Below, piece after piece: positions 51,873 to 63,250 of a DNA stretch of 64,000 bases. The stretch is from an uncultured Verrucomicrobiae bacterium. GTDB taxonomy: Bacteria; Verrucomicrobiota; Verrucomicrobiia; Palsa-1439. Position 1 is the first letter of the stretch; every line of letters starts with the position of its first letter. Made by a program: the position numbers and the translations under genes. The DNA lies in NCBI GenBank assembly GCA_963812605.1, contig CAWEWF010000006.1, forward strand, positions 128,001-192,000. Reading direction: 5' to 3'. The notes under the pieces are model-generated. The model had not been told where the DNA came from and ran no database searches. It saw nothing but the letters and a program-made list of their open reading frames with translations.

Positions 51873-52643
51873 ATGACATTCTGTTTGGGCATCAAAGTGC
51901 GCGAAGGACTGGTGGGATTGGCAGACACACGGGTCACCATCGGCACCGAGGTCATCACCGCCCGCAAAGTGTACACGCACCAGCGGGGGCGGCAATCGCT
52001 GTTCCTGATGGCGTCGGGCTTGCGTTCGGTTCGCGACAAGGCGCTCACGTATTTCGAGGAAGCACTGGCTGACCCGAACCAATCTTTCGACAGGATTTTC
52101 AAGGCGGTCAACTCCTTCGCGGCGCAAGTCCGCCGGGTTGCCCACGAGGACAAGGGAGCGCTCGCCCAAAGCGGCCTGTTGTTCAACATCTACGGCCTGA
52201 TCGGCGGGCAATTCGAGGGTGACGCCGAACACAAAATGTACCTGGTCTATCCCGAGGGCAACTGGGTGGAAATCGGCCAGGGCACGCCGTACCAGATCAT
52301 TGGCGCGGGCGGTTATGGCAAACCGGTGCTCGACCGCACCCTGACCTTTGAGGACACGATGCGATTCGCATTCAAGGTCGGTTGCCTGGCATTCGATTCG
52401 ACGCGCATCAGCGCCGCGGACGTGGATTTTCCCATGGACGTCGTCCTGTATCCGCGCGATTCCTTCCAGATGGTCGAACACCGCTACAAACGGGAGGACT
52501 TGCTGGACATCTCGAACTGGTGGCAGGAGCGGCTCCGCAAATCCGTGAACGAATTGCCCTCGGAATGGATCGAGCACGCCTTCTCCAAACTCATGCCGCC
52601 CACTGATAAGATTACGATCCTCCAGCAGCCGCGGCAGGAATAG
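51873..52643 (+). CDS. Proteasome-type Ntn peptidase (Anbu-like)
   Basis: N-terminal M-T-F-C (Thr nucleophile), ADTR, RK, Y.VYPEGN, YGKP.LDR, FDST. Confidence 0.88.
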   Translation: MTFCLGIKVREGLVGLADTRVTIGTEVITARKVYTHQRGRQSLFLMASGLRSVRDKALTYFEEALADPNQSFDRIFKAVNSFAAQVRRVAHEDKGALAQSGLLFNIYGLIGGQFEGDAEHKMYLVYPEGNWVEIGQGTPYQIIGAGGYGKPVLDRTLTFEDTMRFAFKVGCLAFDSTRISAADVDFPMDVVLYPRDSFQMVEHRYKREDLLDISNWWQERLRKSVNELPSEWIEHAFSKLMPPTDKITILQQPRQE

Positions 52644-52651
52644 ATTCGTCC

Positions 52652-53507
52652 ATGCTTTTTGAAGTCACGCACGTCACCACCTATCGCTACAGCCGCCCAG
52701 TATTCCTGGAGCCGCACACGCTGCGGTTCCATCCCCGCAGCGATGGCCAACAGCGCGTGAATCGATTTGAACTCTCCGTGGATCCCCGCCCCGAGGTAAT
52801 GACCGAGTGTCTCGACTGCGAGGGAAACGTCGTCACCGAGGTATGGTTCGGCAATCTGACGGACGCCTTCGAAGTCACGGTGACATTTGAAGTCGAAACC
52901 CTGCGCCGCGACCCATTCGACTATCTTCTCTCGCCCGCTGCCGAAAAACTCCCGGTTCAATATCCCAACGAGGACGGTCCCAGTCTTATCCCCTACTTGA
53001 CGAACGCGAGTATCGATGGCTCCGTTGCTGAATTCGCGCAATCCGTGGCCCAACAGACCAAGGGGCAGACCGTCCCGTTCCTCTTCCTCCTTACAAAGCA
53101 AATCCACGATGTTTGCCGCAACGTCATCCGCCTGGATGGCGATCCCCTGCCTGCGGGCGACACGCTGACAGCGCGGCAGGGATCATGCCGCGACCTCACA
53201 GTACTCTTCATGGACGCTTGTCGCACACAGGGCATCGCCGAGCCGGTTCGTGAGCGGCTATCAGGAAGGCGTGTCCGGCCTGTCCGAGCGCGACTTGCAC
53301 GCCTGGGCGGAAGTCTATCTGCCCGGTGGCGGTTGGCGCAGCTATGATCCGACGCTGGGACTTGCGGTGTCCGACCGCCACATCGCCGTCGCGGCCAGCC
53401 GAACGTCGCACGGGGCCGCGCCGATCACCGGCACTTTTCGCGGCACGGAGGCGACTACGCAAATGGCCTCGCGTATCGAGCTTGCCGTGGCCACAACGCC
53501 GTCATGA
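52652..53507 (+). CDS. Transglutaminase-like protein (frameshift near 53245)
   Basis: H.T.Y.Y N-domain, GSCRD, VSGY, LHAWAEVYLPG.GW..YDPT. Confidence 0.92.
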
Positions 53508-53606
53508 GCAAATCTCGCCGGTACGCGGCTTTCGGTGTAGGATTTCATTTAGTTGTGCGACCGATTCATCAACAGGTAGAGTTGCACCCTTATTCCAGGA
53601 GGCACG

Positions 53607-54719
53607 ATGAAAGCCATTGCCGTTTTTCCCGCAAAAAAGGAACTCGCCCTGATCTCGCATCCCGAGCCCGCGCTAACGTCACCGACCCAGGCGAAACTGC
53701 GCATGCTCGAAGTTGGCGTCTGCGGCACGGACAAGGAGATTTGCGCTTTCGAATACGGCACGCCGCCACGCGGCTCCGATTATTTGGTCATTGGCCATGA
53801 ATCGCTGGCGGAGGTTATCGAGGTCGGTCCGGGCGTTTCACGAGTTAAACGCGGCGACCTCATCGTGATGATGGTGCGGCGTCCCTGCTCCCACCCGGAG
53901 TGCCAGGCCTGCCGTTTGGACCGACAGGACTTTTGTTACACGGGGGATTTCACGGAGCGCGGCATCAAGGAGCAGCACGGTTTTATGACCGAGCTCATCG
54001 TGGACGAGGAGAAGTACATGAATGTCGTGCCCCGCGAGTTGCGTGATGTGGCGGTACTGGTCGAGCCCTTGACCATCGCGGAAAAAGGGCTGACGCAATT
54101 GTGGCAGGTACAACAGCGGCTGCCGTGGGCTTGTCCCCTGGAACCCGGCAAGCCAACGGCTTATTGTCATCGGGCAGTGGTCTTGGGCGCGGGGCCGGTA
54201 GGCCTGTTAGGGGCGATGGCGCTGGTAAACCAGGGCTTCCAGACATTCGTCTATTCACAAGAACCCAAGCCGAGCCCCAAATCGTCCGTGGTCGAATCGA
54301 TCGGGGCGACATATATTTCGGGCCAAGACACCTCGCTGGAGCAACTCGCGGCGCTGGTCGGCAACATTGACATGGTGTACGAAGCGACGGGGGCGTCGAG
54401 CGTGTCGTTTCAATTGATGGAATTGCTCGGGACGAACGGCGTGTTTCTCTTCACAGGCGTCCCCGGGCGCAAAGGGCCGATCGAGTTGGACGCCGATCTG
54501 ATCATGCGCAATCTTGTTCTCAAGAACCAGGTGGTATTCGGCACGGTCAATGCCAATCGCGAGGCGTTCGAGTCGGCGATTGCCGACCTGGAGGTTTTCA
54601 TGAAAAAATGGCCCCAAGCCGTTCGGGCGCTGATTACCCAACGCTATCCGATGGAGCGATACCAGGATCTGTTGTTGGGCAAAGTCGGCGGAATCAAGAA
54701 TGTCATTTCCATCGGTTGA
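53607..54719 (+). CDS. Zn-dependent glucose 1-dehydrogenase (MDR family)
   Basis: GVCGTD, GHES, VRR.C, ERGI...HGFM, GAGPVG, GTVNA. Confidence 0.88.
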   Translation: MKAIAVFPAKKELALISHPEPALTSPTQAKLRMLEVGVCGTDKEICAFEYGTPPRGSDYLVIGHESLAEVIEVGPGVSRVKRGDLIVMMVRRPCSHPECQACRLDRQDFCYTGDFTERGIKEQHGFMTELIVDEEKYMNVVPRELRDVAVLVEPLTIAEKGLTQLWQVQQRLPWACPLEPGKPTAYCHRAVVLGAGPVGLLGAMALVNQGFQTFVYSQEPKPSPKSSVVESIGATYISGQDTSLEQLAALVGNIDMVYEATGASSVSFQLMELLGTNGVFLFTGVPGRKGPIELDADLIMRNLVLKNQVVFGTVNANREAFESAIADLEVFMKKWPQAVRALITQRYPMERYQDLLLGKVGGIKNVISIG

Positions 54720-54737
54720 AGAGGAAAGAAGGAAACG

Positions 54738-57411
54738 ATGACCCAGGAAGAGATCAGGCTCGGCGAGGACAATCGCCGCGAGAAGAACTGGAAGCGATGG
54801 GGACCCTATCTTTCCGAACGGCAGTGGGGCACGGTGCGGGAAGACTACTCCGCGTCGGGCGACTGCTGGGATTATTTCCCACACGATCACGCCCGCAGCC
54901 GGGCTTACCGGTGGGGTGAGGATGGTTTGCTTGGCATTACCGACCGCGAATGCCGCCTTTGCCTGGGACTTGCGTTGTGGAATGGGAAAGACCCGATCCT
55001 GAAGGAGCGCCTGTTTGGCCTGACCAGCCCCGAAGGCAATCACGGCGAGGACGTGAAGGAGTGTTACTTTTACCTCGACTCCACGCCGACGCATTCCTAC
55101 ATGAAGGCGCTCTACAAATATCCCCAAACCGAGTTTCCCTATGCGTGGCTGGTGGAGGAGAACCGCCGCCGCGGCAAGAATGACCCGGAGTTTGAGTTGC
55201 TTGATACCGGCATTTTCAATGACAATCGCTACTTCAACGTCTTCGCCGAGTACGCGAAAGCCGGACCGGACGATGTGCTGATACGGATTACCGCAGCCAA
55301 TCGCGGTCCGGAGACCGCGGCACTGCATCTTCTGCCCACGCTTTGGTATCGCAACACCTGGATTTGGGGCTGCAAACACGATGGTTGTTGGATTAAGCCC
55401 CGCATCGCGGCAGTCAGCGACTCCACGGTCCAGGGCGAGCACGTTAATTTCGGAAAGCACTGGCTGGCCGCAGGACCGGGGCCGGATAACAAGGCTCCCC
55501 AGTTTCTTTTTACGGACAACGAGACCAATACGAAGGAACTTTTTGGCACCGACAATTACACGCCGTTCGTCAAGGATGCCTTCCATGAGTTCGTCGTCCA
55601 CGGCAAGACCGATGCCGTGAACCCCAAACCGGTCGGCACCAAGGTGGCCGCCTATTACAAACTGGAAATCCCCACCGGCCAGGAAGTCGTCCTGCGCCTG
55701 CGCCTGTCCAACCAGCAACTCTCTCCCCAGAAAAATCTGGGCCAGGAGTTCGACGATGTTTTTGCGGCCCGACGGCGCGAGGCGGACGAATTCTACGCCG
55801 CACTCATCCCCGCCAATCTTTCCAGCACCGAAACGAATGTGGTGCGCCAGGCATACGCCGGTTTGCTCTGGAGCAAGCAGTTCTATCACTACATTGTAAA
55901 AGACTGGCTCGAGGGTGATCCCCAGCAGCCGCCTCCGCCCGAAGACCGCAAGTCTGGCCGCAACGCGGACTGGCGGCACCTCTACAGCCGTGACGTCCTT
56001 TCGATGCCCGATACCTGGGAGTATCCCGTGGTTCGCGGCGTGGGACCTCGCGTTCCACATGATCCCCTTCACAAAACTGGATCCGCAGTTTACCAAAGAC
56101 CAACTTGTGCTGCTGTTGCGCGAGTGGTACATGCACCCCAACGGCCAAATTCCCGCCTATGAGTTTGCGTTTGGAGACGTGAACCCGCCCGTGCACGCGT
56201 GGTCGTGCTGGCGAACCTATAAAATGACGGGCGACCGCGGCGAGCGGGATCGCGTCTTCCTCTCGCGCACCTTCCAAAAGCTCGTGATCAACTTCACGTG
56301 GTGGGTCAACCGTAAGGATGCGGAGGGCAAAAACATCTTCGGCGGCGGCTTTCTGGGCCTGGATAACATCGGCGTTTTCGACCGCTCAAAACCGCTGCCC
56401 ACCGGTGGACGCCTTCAACAAGCCGACGGTACGGCATGGATGGCCTTTTTTTGCAACACCATGCTCTCCATCGCACTGGAACTCGCGCAGGATAATCCGG
56501 CAACAGAGGACATGGCGTCCAAGTTCTTTGAGCACTTTGTCGCCATTGCCGACGCGATCAATACCCACGGCGGCACCGGGTTGTGGGATGAGGAAGACGG
56601 GTTCTATTACGACCAGCTATACCTGGACGGAAACACGACCCGTTTGAAAGTCCGTTCGCTGGTGGGATTGATGCCGATCATCGCAGCCGAGGTGATCGAG
56701 GATGAGGTGGTGAAGAAACTCCCGGGTTTCGCGAAACGCCTGCAATGGTTTTTGGACAATCGCCAGGACCTGGGAGAGAACATTTCGTACATGGAATCTG
56801 CTGGCCAGGACAACGTCCATGGACATCGGCTCCTGGCCATCCCATCGCGCGAGCGGCTGGAACGCGTCTTACGATACATGCTGGACGAAAATGAATTCCT
56901 TTCGCCACACGGGATTCGTTCGGTATCCAAATATCACGAGCGCAATCCGTATGTATTCCACGTCAACGGCGAGGAATATCGGGTCGACTATGTGCCGGGC
57001 GAATCCAATTCGGGCTTGTTCGGCGGCAATTCCAACTGGCGGGGTCCCGTCTGGTTTCCCATCAACTATCTGCTCATCGAAGCGTTGGAACGTTACCATC
57101 ACTTCTACGGCAACACGCTGAAAGTAGAGTGCCCGACCGGCTCAGGTCACGCAATGAATCTGCAGGAGGTTGCTGACGAATTACGCGCGCGTCTGGCGCG
57201 CCTCTTCCTGCCGGACGCCGGCGGCCATCGCCCGTGCCACGGCCCCGAGCAACGCTACGCTGCCGACCCCTACTGGAAGGACCTCGTGCTGTTCTACGAA
57301 TACTTCCACGGCGACAATGGCCGCGGTCTCGGCGCCAACCATCAAACGGGTTGGACAGCTCTCGCCGCGCCATGCGTCGAGGATTCCGCCGCCATACGAG
57401 CGAAGAAATAG
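54738..57411 (+). CDS. GH63/MGH1-like glucosidase (frameshift near 56028)
   Basis: WGPYLSERQWGTVREDYS, SMPD.WEY|PWFAAWDLAFH, GLDNI, GNSNWRGP, EYFHGDNG.GLGA.HQTGWT. Confidence 0.92.
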
Positions 57412-57516
57412 TGGTAGTAGAGAACGATGCGAATAGGTACTGAGTTGGTGTAGTGAGAAAGTCGGTACAGGTATTGTTTGAATTTCCCTGCATTGAACAA
57501 CTTCATAGTCGAGTGG

Positions 57517-57873
57517 CTAAATTGCCGGGTGTTGACCGCCGGGCTTATTGCCAAAGCTGCCCCAACCATCGGGATGTCCACCAAACTGTGAGGCGAGTTC
57601 AGCCAGTTCTGCTTGGATCGCGAGAACATTCTCGTACGTAGCGAGCATTCTCGTGGAGCATTCGCAAGTCCACGGAAGCGTACACCCCAGACTCGCGTAC
57701 ATGTTGACTCTGTAACCACGTTTCCAAGCGACATCCGCCAGCGCTTTCGCAACCGCCTCGTCAGGCACGGCGACCTGAAAGCTGATGTACATGGGCTTTG
57801 TCATATCGGAGCCTATGTCAACGAGCCGGCGCAATGCGTCCCCATCGGAGTCGTTTGGAAAGTTGATTGCCAT
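57517..57873 (-). CDS. RraB-like (ribonuclease E inhibitor) protein
   Basis: D.DGDALRRL...GSDM.KP..I.F ... FGG..DGWGS. Confidence 0.75.
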   Translation of the reverse strand: MAINFPNDSDGDALRRLVDIGSDMTKPMYISFQVAVPDEAVAKALADVAWKRGYRVNMYASLGCTLPWTCECSTRMLATYENVLAIQAELAELASQFGGHPDGWGSFGNKPGGQHPAI

Positions 57874-58006
57874 AGGTGGCCTAAAGACTAACGGAGAATG
57901 TTTTGTTGCCATATCCCACGCCGGGATCGGTCAGCATGAGAGTCGGGCATTCCATCACCCTGATCGGAATCCTCGAATTATTATCAAACTCTACTGATGT
58001 CGGAGA

Positions 58007-61000
58007 CTACACGGCGTGCTTGACGGCGACCGTTACTGACGATGGCTTCTTTGACAGGGTGAACAAGCCCTCGGCTTTTCGCCGCGCTTCTTCCATCTTC
58101 GGGTAACGGATTTCGCGGTAGCCACGAACTTCCTCGACACAGCGCAGGGCCTTCACGTAGCGATCGTAGCCGGCGCGATCTTCGTGGTGGAAGTTTTCAA
58201 CCAGGCCGACGTACCAGTCGCGGAACTCGCGCTCGCGCCGGTGCCAGGCCGGCATGACGCGTCGCAGCCAGCGCAGGTGCTTGAGCAGGTTGAGTTGCCA
58301 CTTCTTCGGGCTCAACTTAAAACGAAAGTCCCGACCGAGGAAATTGAACTCGGGACGGTTCAAGTGGTGATAGATGATCTGGTCGCCCCGTTCCGCATCT
58401 ACATGATAACGGTGCTGATCCCGGCGCGTCTTCTCTTCGCTGGTGAGCAGATGCGCCACATAAATCTCATCCTTGATGACCATCGCCTTGTGCAGATTCC
58501 AGATGACCGCCTTGGTTGCCGCATAATCGAACTGGGCGCTGTCCTTTGCATAAACTTTCTCCACCAGGTCGAGGTAACGCGGGGCGTAGGCGTTCACGCC
58601 GCCGTACTCCAGCAAATCGTACAATCGCCAGACAATGTCGCGCTCCGTCCGTTCCCCGAGGCGAATTGACCCCTCGCTGCGGCGAATAAGCACCTCAAAT
58701 TCGCGCGCCCAATGCTCGCCTGATCGATGGTTGCGCTGCAATACCTCTTTGCGTTCAGCGATAAACTCCTCGTACGTTTCATGCAATTCATGTTCGTGGA
58801 CAAGTTCCGGTTCAAAGACCAGCTTGCGTCCCAGGTGCAGCGCCTTGATGTTGTCGCCCGCGGCCGAGCCCATCGTCTCCCGCAAGCCCCACTCGATGTT
58901 CTCAAGCGACAGGGGCAACAGGCCTTTTTGAAAGGCGATGCCGAGCATGACCACATTCGCGTACAACTTCGTGCCGAAAAAGTATTCGGAGATACCGGCA
59001 ACGTTCAGGCCGAAATACTCGTCCGATTTGGTGTAGCGGCGCAGTGTGTCCTCGAGTTCGGGCACGTTGAAGTCGTCCTTGCCGAGCAGGGTGAGGATCG
59101 TCGGCGTCTTGTAAGCATTCACCACTGCCACGGTGCGCTGTGGACTGCCGATGCGCACATTCCCTTTGGGCGAGAGGCTGCGCGTGGCCTCCAGCGGGTC
59201 GATGCCAAGCAACAAATCAGCCTGTCCGTAAGGAATAATGTTGGAGGTAGCGCTCGCACCCTTCGTAAAAATAATCTGGGAGAATACCCCGCCATTGCGA
59301 ATCGCCAATCCCTTCTTGTCGCAGAACAAAACGTGGTAGCCCTGCTGGAAGCCCGCCCGCACGAGCGTCGCCGTGCTCACGCCAATCCCCTGTCCACCCA
59401 CGCCGGCCAGATAGCAGCGCCAGGCGTCGGAAAAATCGGCGATCCGGGGGAGCGGAATGTCGGCGAGATCAATCGCGTCGATGGGCGCGGGGGGCTTCTG
59501 TTTGCGCAGGACGGTGATTTCCTCGAACGACGGACAGGCGTAAATCTTGGTGCACGCGGTATCGGAAACGCACCACGATAGATCAGTTTGAATCTTCGCG
59601 CCGAACGGTGTCTCGGTGATGGTCAAACCCGGACAACCGGTCGCCAAGGTGCATTCGAGGCAGTACTCGCAGACATCGGGGTTGATGTTGACGAAACGTT
59701 TCTCCGCGAGGAAACCGTGCTCACGAATTTCGCGCCGTTCTTCGCGCGATTCGCGGCGATGAAAGGTAATGCCGCACTCCTTGTCGGCGACAATCACCTT
59801 CACGCCATCGCGCAGGACCGTCTGCTCCAGCATTTTCTTCCACGTCTCACGGTAGGCAGGATTCGCGCGCACCACGTGCACGCCCTGCCCGATCATCGCC
59901 TCAACGATGCCGTCAATGTTCTGCTTGTACGTGTGCTCGCCAACAATGTCCACATCCATGGACGGCGTTGGTTGGTGGCCGGTCATCGCCGTGGTGGCGT
60001 TGTCGAGAATGATGTAGGTAATGTCCTGGCCCTGTTTGAGCGCGTTGGAGATGCCGAGCATCCCACTGTGGAAAAAGGTCGAGTCGCCAAGGAAGACCAC
60101 CTGTTTGTTCGTGATAAATGGGTCGATACCAGCGCCTGTACCGCCGCCCAGGCCCATGCCACTGTAGTTATGCATGAGATCCTTCGTCGGCTCGAACATC
60201 AGCATCGTGTAGCATCCCGTGTCCCCGTGGAAAACCAGGTCCACCGGGCCGCGCTGGTGATGCTGTTTCATGTAGCGCGGGTCGATGAATTGCTTTTTCA
60301 TCTCGATCAACACGCTGGCGCTGTCGCGATGCGGGCAACCGGGGCAAAATGTCGGAGTGCGCAGGGGAATATGGATGTCAAACTTGTCCGTCTCGTGGAT
60401 CAACTCGACAGCGCAGTCGATGCGCTTCTGGTCGATGGCGAGATTTGGGTCGTGAAAGAAGCGCCCCAGTGGCGCGAGTCGTTCGATAAGAATGCTCGGG
60501 TTCAACCCCCGGGTCGCGGGGATCCCCGTCAGCCCGGCTGGGAATTCCTTGCCCCAAACATTTGTACGGTTGGCGGCGGTGCCGTTTTGATTGAGGCGGT
60601 TGATGATTTCAGCGATTTGCTCTTCCATGAAGCCGCGACGCTCTTCGATGACGAAGACGCCGCGCACTTGCCGCGAAAATTCCGCGACCAACTCGGGATC
60701 AACCGGGTAACTGATGCCGAGCTTGAGAATCGGCACTTTGTCCGCGACACCGAGTTCTGCCAGCGCGTGCTCGAGATAGCAGAACCCCAGGCCCGAGGCC
60801 ACGAAACCGATCTCCGCGCGCCAACGCGGGTTCTCGCGGGCATTGACAATCCGGTTTACGCCATTGCGCCGGGCGACCTCACACAAGCGGGCGTTGCGTT
60901 GCGGCAGACCCTCTTCCTTGATCCACGTGCGCGGCGGCAGCAGGACCGTATTTTCCAAATCGATCCGCGTCGTATCGAGTGAGTATTTATTGACGCTGCT

Positions 61001-61600
61001 GATGTCCGGAAAACAATTCGGCCGCACCTGGACGCTGCCACCACCATCCGCCTGGTTGGTGGTGACAATGTAACCGATGAAAAGATTGGCTTCGCGAGAG
61101 AGCTTGAAACCGAGATCGATCCAGTCTTTCAACTCTTGATTGGTGCTGGGTTCCATGACCGGCATGAAAATGTGCTTGCAGAGATAACGCGAGTCGGCGG
61201 GAACCTGGGTCGAATCGCTCCAGGGATCATCGCCGATAATCACCAGCGCGCCGCCTTGGGGATGAGCGCCCGCGAGATTGCCAAGGGCCAGCGCGTCGGC
61301 GGCGACGTGAAGCCCGACCGATTTCATGGCGCACAAGCCACGCAAGGGGCCCATTTGCGAACCGTTAAGCATCGCCGCGCCCAGCGCCTCATTGTTGGCG
61401 ATGGTCGCGCGAATGCCTTTCTGCTTGTAAAGGGGTGCAACCAGCTCCATCGCATCGAAAAAGCCCGCGATGGGTGAGCCGGGGTAACCGGTCAAGAGAT
61501 GGGTGCCGCCTTCGGCTTCAAGAGCGCCCTTGATCAGCAGCTCGTTCCCCGTAAAAACCTCGGCCCCCTCCTCCTTGAGGAATCGTGGATCGACTGTCAT
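58007..61600 (-). CDS. Indolepyruvate:ferredoxin oxidoreductase-like, fused subunits (DUF6537 C-terminus)
   Basis: GYPGSP, NEA, FCPGCPHR, GDSTFFHSG, AMTGHQ, CxxC ferredoxin motifs, GVGGQG, VRGY. Confidence 0.9.
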   Translation of the reverse strand: MTVDPRFLKEEGAEVFTGNELLIKGALEAEGGTHLLTGYPGSPIAGFFDAMELVAPLYKQKGIRATIANNEALGAAMLNGSQMGPLRGLCAMKSVGLHVAADALALGNLAGAHPQGGALVIIGDDPWSDSTQVPADSRYLCKHIFMPVMEPSTNQELKDWIDLGFKLSREANLFIGYIVTTNQADGGGSVQVRPNCFPDISSVNKYSLDTTRIDLENTVLLPPRTWIKEEGLPQRNARLCEVARRNGVNRIVNARENPRWRAEIGFVASGLGFCYLEHALAELGVADKVPILKLGISYPVDPELVAEFSRQVRGVFVIEERRGFMEEQIAEIINRLNQNGTAANRTNVWGKEFPAGLTGIPATRGLNPSILIERLAPLGRFFHDPNLAIDQKRIDCAVELIHETDKFDIHIPLRTPTFCPGCPHRDSASVLIEMKKQFIDPRYMKQHHQRGPVDLVFHGDTGCYTMLMFEPTKDLMHNYSGMGLGGGTGAGIDPFITNKQVVFLGDSTFFHSGMLGISNALKQGQDITYIILDNATTAMTGHQPTPSMDVDIVGEHTYKQNIDGIVEAMIGQGVHVVRANPAYRETWKKMLEQTVLRDGVKVIVADKECGITFHRRESREERREIREHGFLAEKRFVNINPDVCEYCLECTLATGCPGLTITETPFGAKIQTDLSWCVSDTACTKIYACPSFEEITVLRKQKPPAPIDAIDLADIPLPRIADFSDAWRCYLAGVGGQGIGVSTATLVRAGFQQGYHVLFCDKKGLAIRNGGVFSQIIFTKGASATSNIIPYGQADLLLGIDPLEATRSLSPKGNVRIGSPQRTVAVVNAYKTPTILTLLGKDDFNVPELEDTLRRYTKSDEYFGLNVAGISEYFFGTKLYANVVMLGIAFQKGLLPLSLENIEWGLRETMGSAAGDNIKALHLGRKLVFEPELVHEHELHETYEEFIAERKEVLQRNHRSGEHWAREFEVLIRRSEGSIRLGERTERDIVWRLYDLLEYGGVNAYAPRYLDLVEKVYAKDSAQFDYAATKAVIWNLHKAMVIKDEIYVAHLLTSEEKTRRDQHRYHVDAERGDQIIYHHLNRPEFNFLGRDFRFKLSPKKWQLNLLKHLRWLRRVMPAWHRREREFRDWYVGLVENFHHEDRAGYDRYVKALRCVEEVRGYREIRYPKMEEARRKAEGLFTLSKKPSSVTVAVKHAV

Positions 61601-61644
61601 GATTTTGTTGTAGCGGGCCGGACGCTACCATAGAATCCTTTTTC

Positions 61645-62139
61645 ATGCAAACCCTTAAAACAGCGGGATGCCTGGCGCTCGCGGCGACGTGTTTCGTCGG
61701 CTGCTCCATGTTTGCCTCGATGCGCAAAAAAACCGACGAAGGGGTAAGCTTGCGCATCCACGAGGAGTCCAGTTCTTCACTTCCGGCCGAGAGCTTCCAG
61801 ACCGTCGAAATCCCGCATACGAACGTGAAACTCTCGATCAGTCCCTTTCCCGCGCTGACCGAAAGGGACGTGCAATCCGCGGAGCTTTACGACACGGCCG
61901 GCGGCAAGGCGATTTTCTTGCGGTTCGATCCCCATGGCACGATCGTGCTCGACGAAATGACTACCCGCGACCGCGGCCAGTACCTGGTGATCTTCCTCAA
62001 CCGACATCCCGTTGGCTCATGGTTGGTGGATCAGCGCATTATCAATGGCCAGTTCCTGGTGGAGGGTGATTTCACCGACGAAGAAGCCCGGAAAGCCGTG
62101 GAAGCGATTAACAAGCTCAGTGAAAAGAATCGTCGATGA
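61645..62139 (+). CDS. Lipoprotein resembling the SecD/SecF P1 head subdomain
   Basis: Lipobox FVGC; L.FD..G...L...T....G..L.I.LN, I..G, F..EEA. Confidence 0.65.
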   Translation: MQTLKTAGCLALAATCFVGCSMFASMRKKTDEGVSLRIHEESSSSLPAESFQTVEIPHTNVKLSISPFPALTERDVQSAELYDTAGGKAIFLRFDPHGTIVLDEMTTRDRGQYLVIFLNRHPVGSWLVDQRIINGQFLVEGDFTDEEARKAVEAINKLSEKNRR

Positions 62140-62388
62140 GTTGGTCGCGACTTTTCCCTCCCCTTATTTTCAGCTTTGTCCTCGCCGTCTCCGCGCGCGC
62201 GCTGGACATCTGTCTGCCCACCGCCAACGACGCGCTGCTGCGGCCTGCCCGTCGTGCAGCGAGTCAATGAAGCCGAACTGGCGCAGGACACTTGCCACGA
62301 ATTCGTGAAGCTCAATTCGCGTGGAAACGGTTGGATGCTGAGCAAGAGCGGACGGGAATGTTTCGACCTTCTGACCTACCCGCCGTAA
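62136..62388 (+). pseudogene. Probable internally deleted M23 peptidase gene (N- and C-termini only)
   Basis: Signal peptide + LPTANDAL joined out of frame to VNEAE....C...V.....W.LS..G....DLLTY; family match is from recall. Confidence 0.4.
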
Positions 62389-62416
62389 CAGCCGGGGATC
62401 GCCGCAGCCATGAATT

Positions 62417-62794
62417 TTAGTGCGACGCGCTTGCGGGCAAGCCACGGAACGATCGCAGCGCCTGCGGCAGGTCTTCGAAAAACTCCATCAAGTCACCCAT
62501 CGCGATCAGATTGGCCACATGCTGGATCGTCGGTGCGATCCCGACGCATTTCACGTCGCCGCCGCGGGCCTGCGCCATATGGGCGAAATCCAGGAGTTCC
62601 TTCAATTGCGCACTGCCGATGTAGGTGACACGCGAGCACTCCAGGACGATGCAAGGAGTGACTTCCGCGATCATGCGTCCCAACGTGGCGGACAGATCCG
62701 CGAAGGCCAGCACGTCGATCGCGCCCACCATTTCCACGACCTCGACGCCGGAAACCTGACGCATTTTGATCTGCAATTCGTGCATGGTAGTCAT
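62417..62794 (-). CDS. STAS-domain anti-sigma antagonist
   Basis: V.M.G.ID, V.E.S.VTYIGS, GGDVK. Confidence 0.8.
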   Translation of the reverse strand: MTTMHELQIKMRQVSGVEVVEMVGAIDVLAFADLSATLGRMIAEVTPCIVLECSRVTYIGSAQLKELLDFAHMAQARGGDVKCVGIAPTIQHVANLIAMGDLMEFFEDLPQALRSFRGLPASASH

Positions 62795-63250
62795 TGGACG
62801 TACCAAAGCATCGATTGTGCCCTGACGGGAAACCGGGATCTTTTGGCAGCAGACTTGCGAAGGGAGTCCAATTCTGTCAGTCGGGGTGCACGGAACTGGG
62901 CAACCCTTTTCGGCGGAGGCCGGAACAGGCCCCCCGCCGAACCCCAGTTTTGCGATAATTCAAGCCAAGTGCTGCGCAACGCGTGAGTTTGGGCATCACG
63001 ACCACTCCGGAAGACGACCGCATAGCGGGGGATCGACCACAACGCGGCCACTTCCTATACGAACTGCCACAGCACCCGGCTTATGGTACCGCAACCCTTA
63101 AATTGACCGACACGCTTCCCTACGACAAATGCGATGCACGTCGGACAGTTTTGTTCCCCCTTGTTTTTCGTGTTGCAGGTCGACCCAGCATTCGTAAGAA
63201 TCAGCCAGATGTTTCTGTTATTGGAACAATAACCGATTGCTGCGCCTCTT

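Noticed and set aside
54255-56141. Long antisense ORFs (also 59588-60982, 32772-34022, 41802-42920, 37897-38823)
   Set aside because: Shadow frames of well-supported GC-rich genes on the opposite strand
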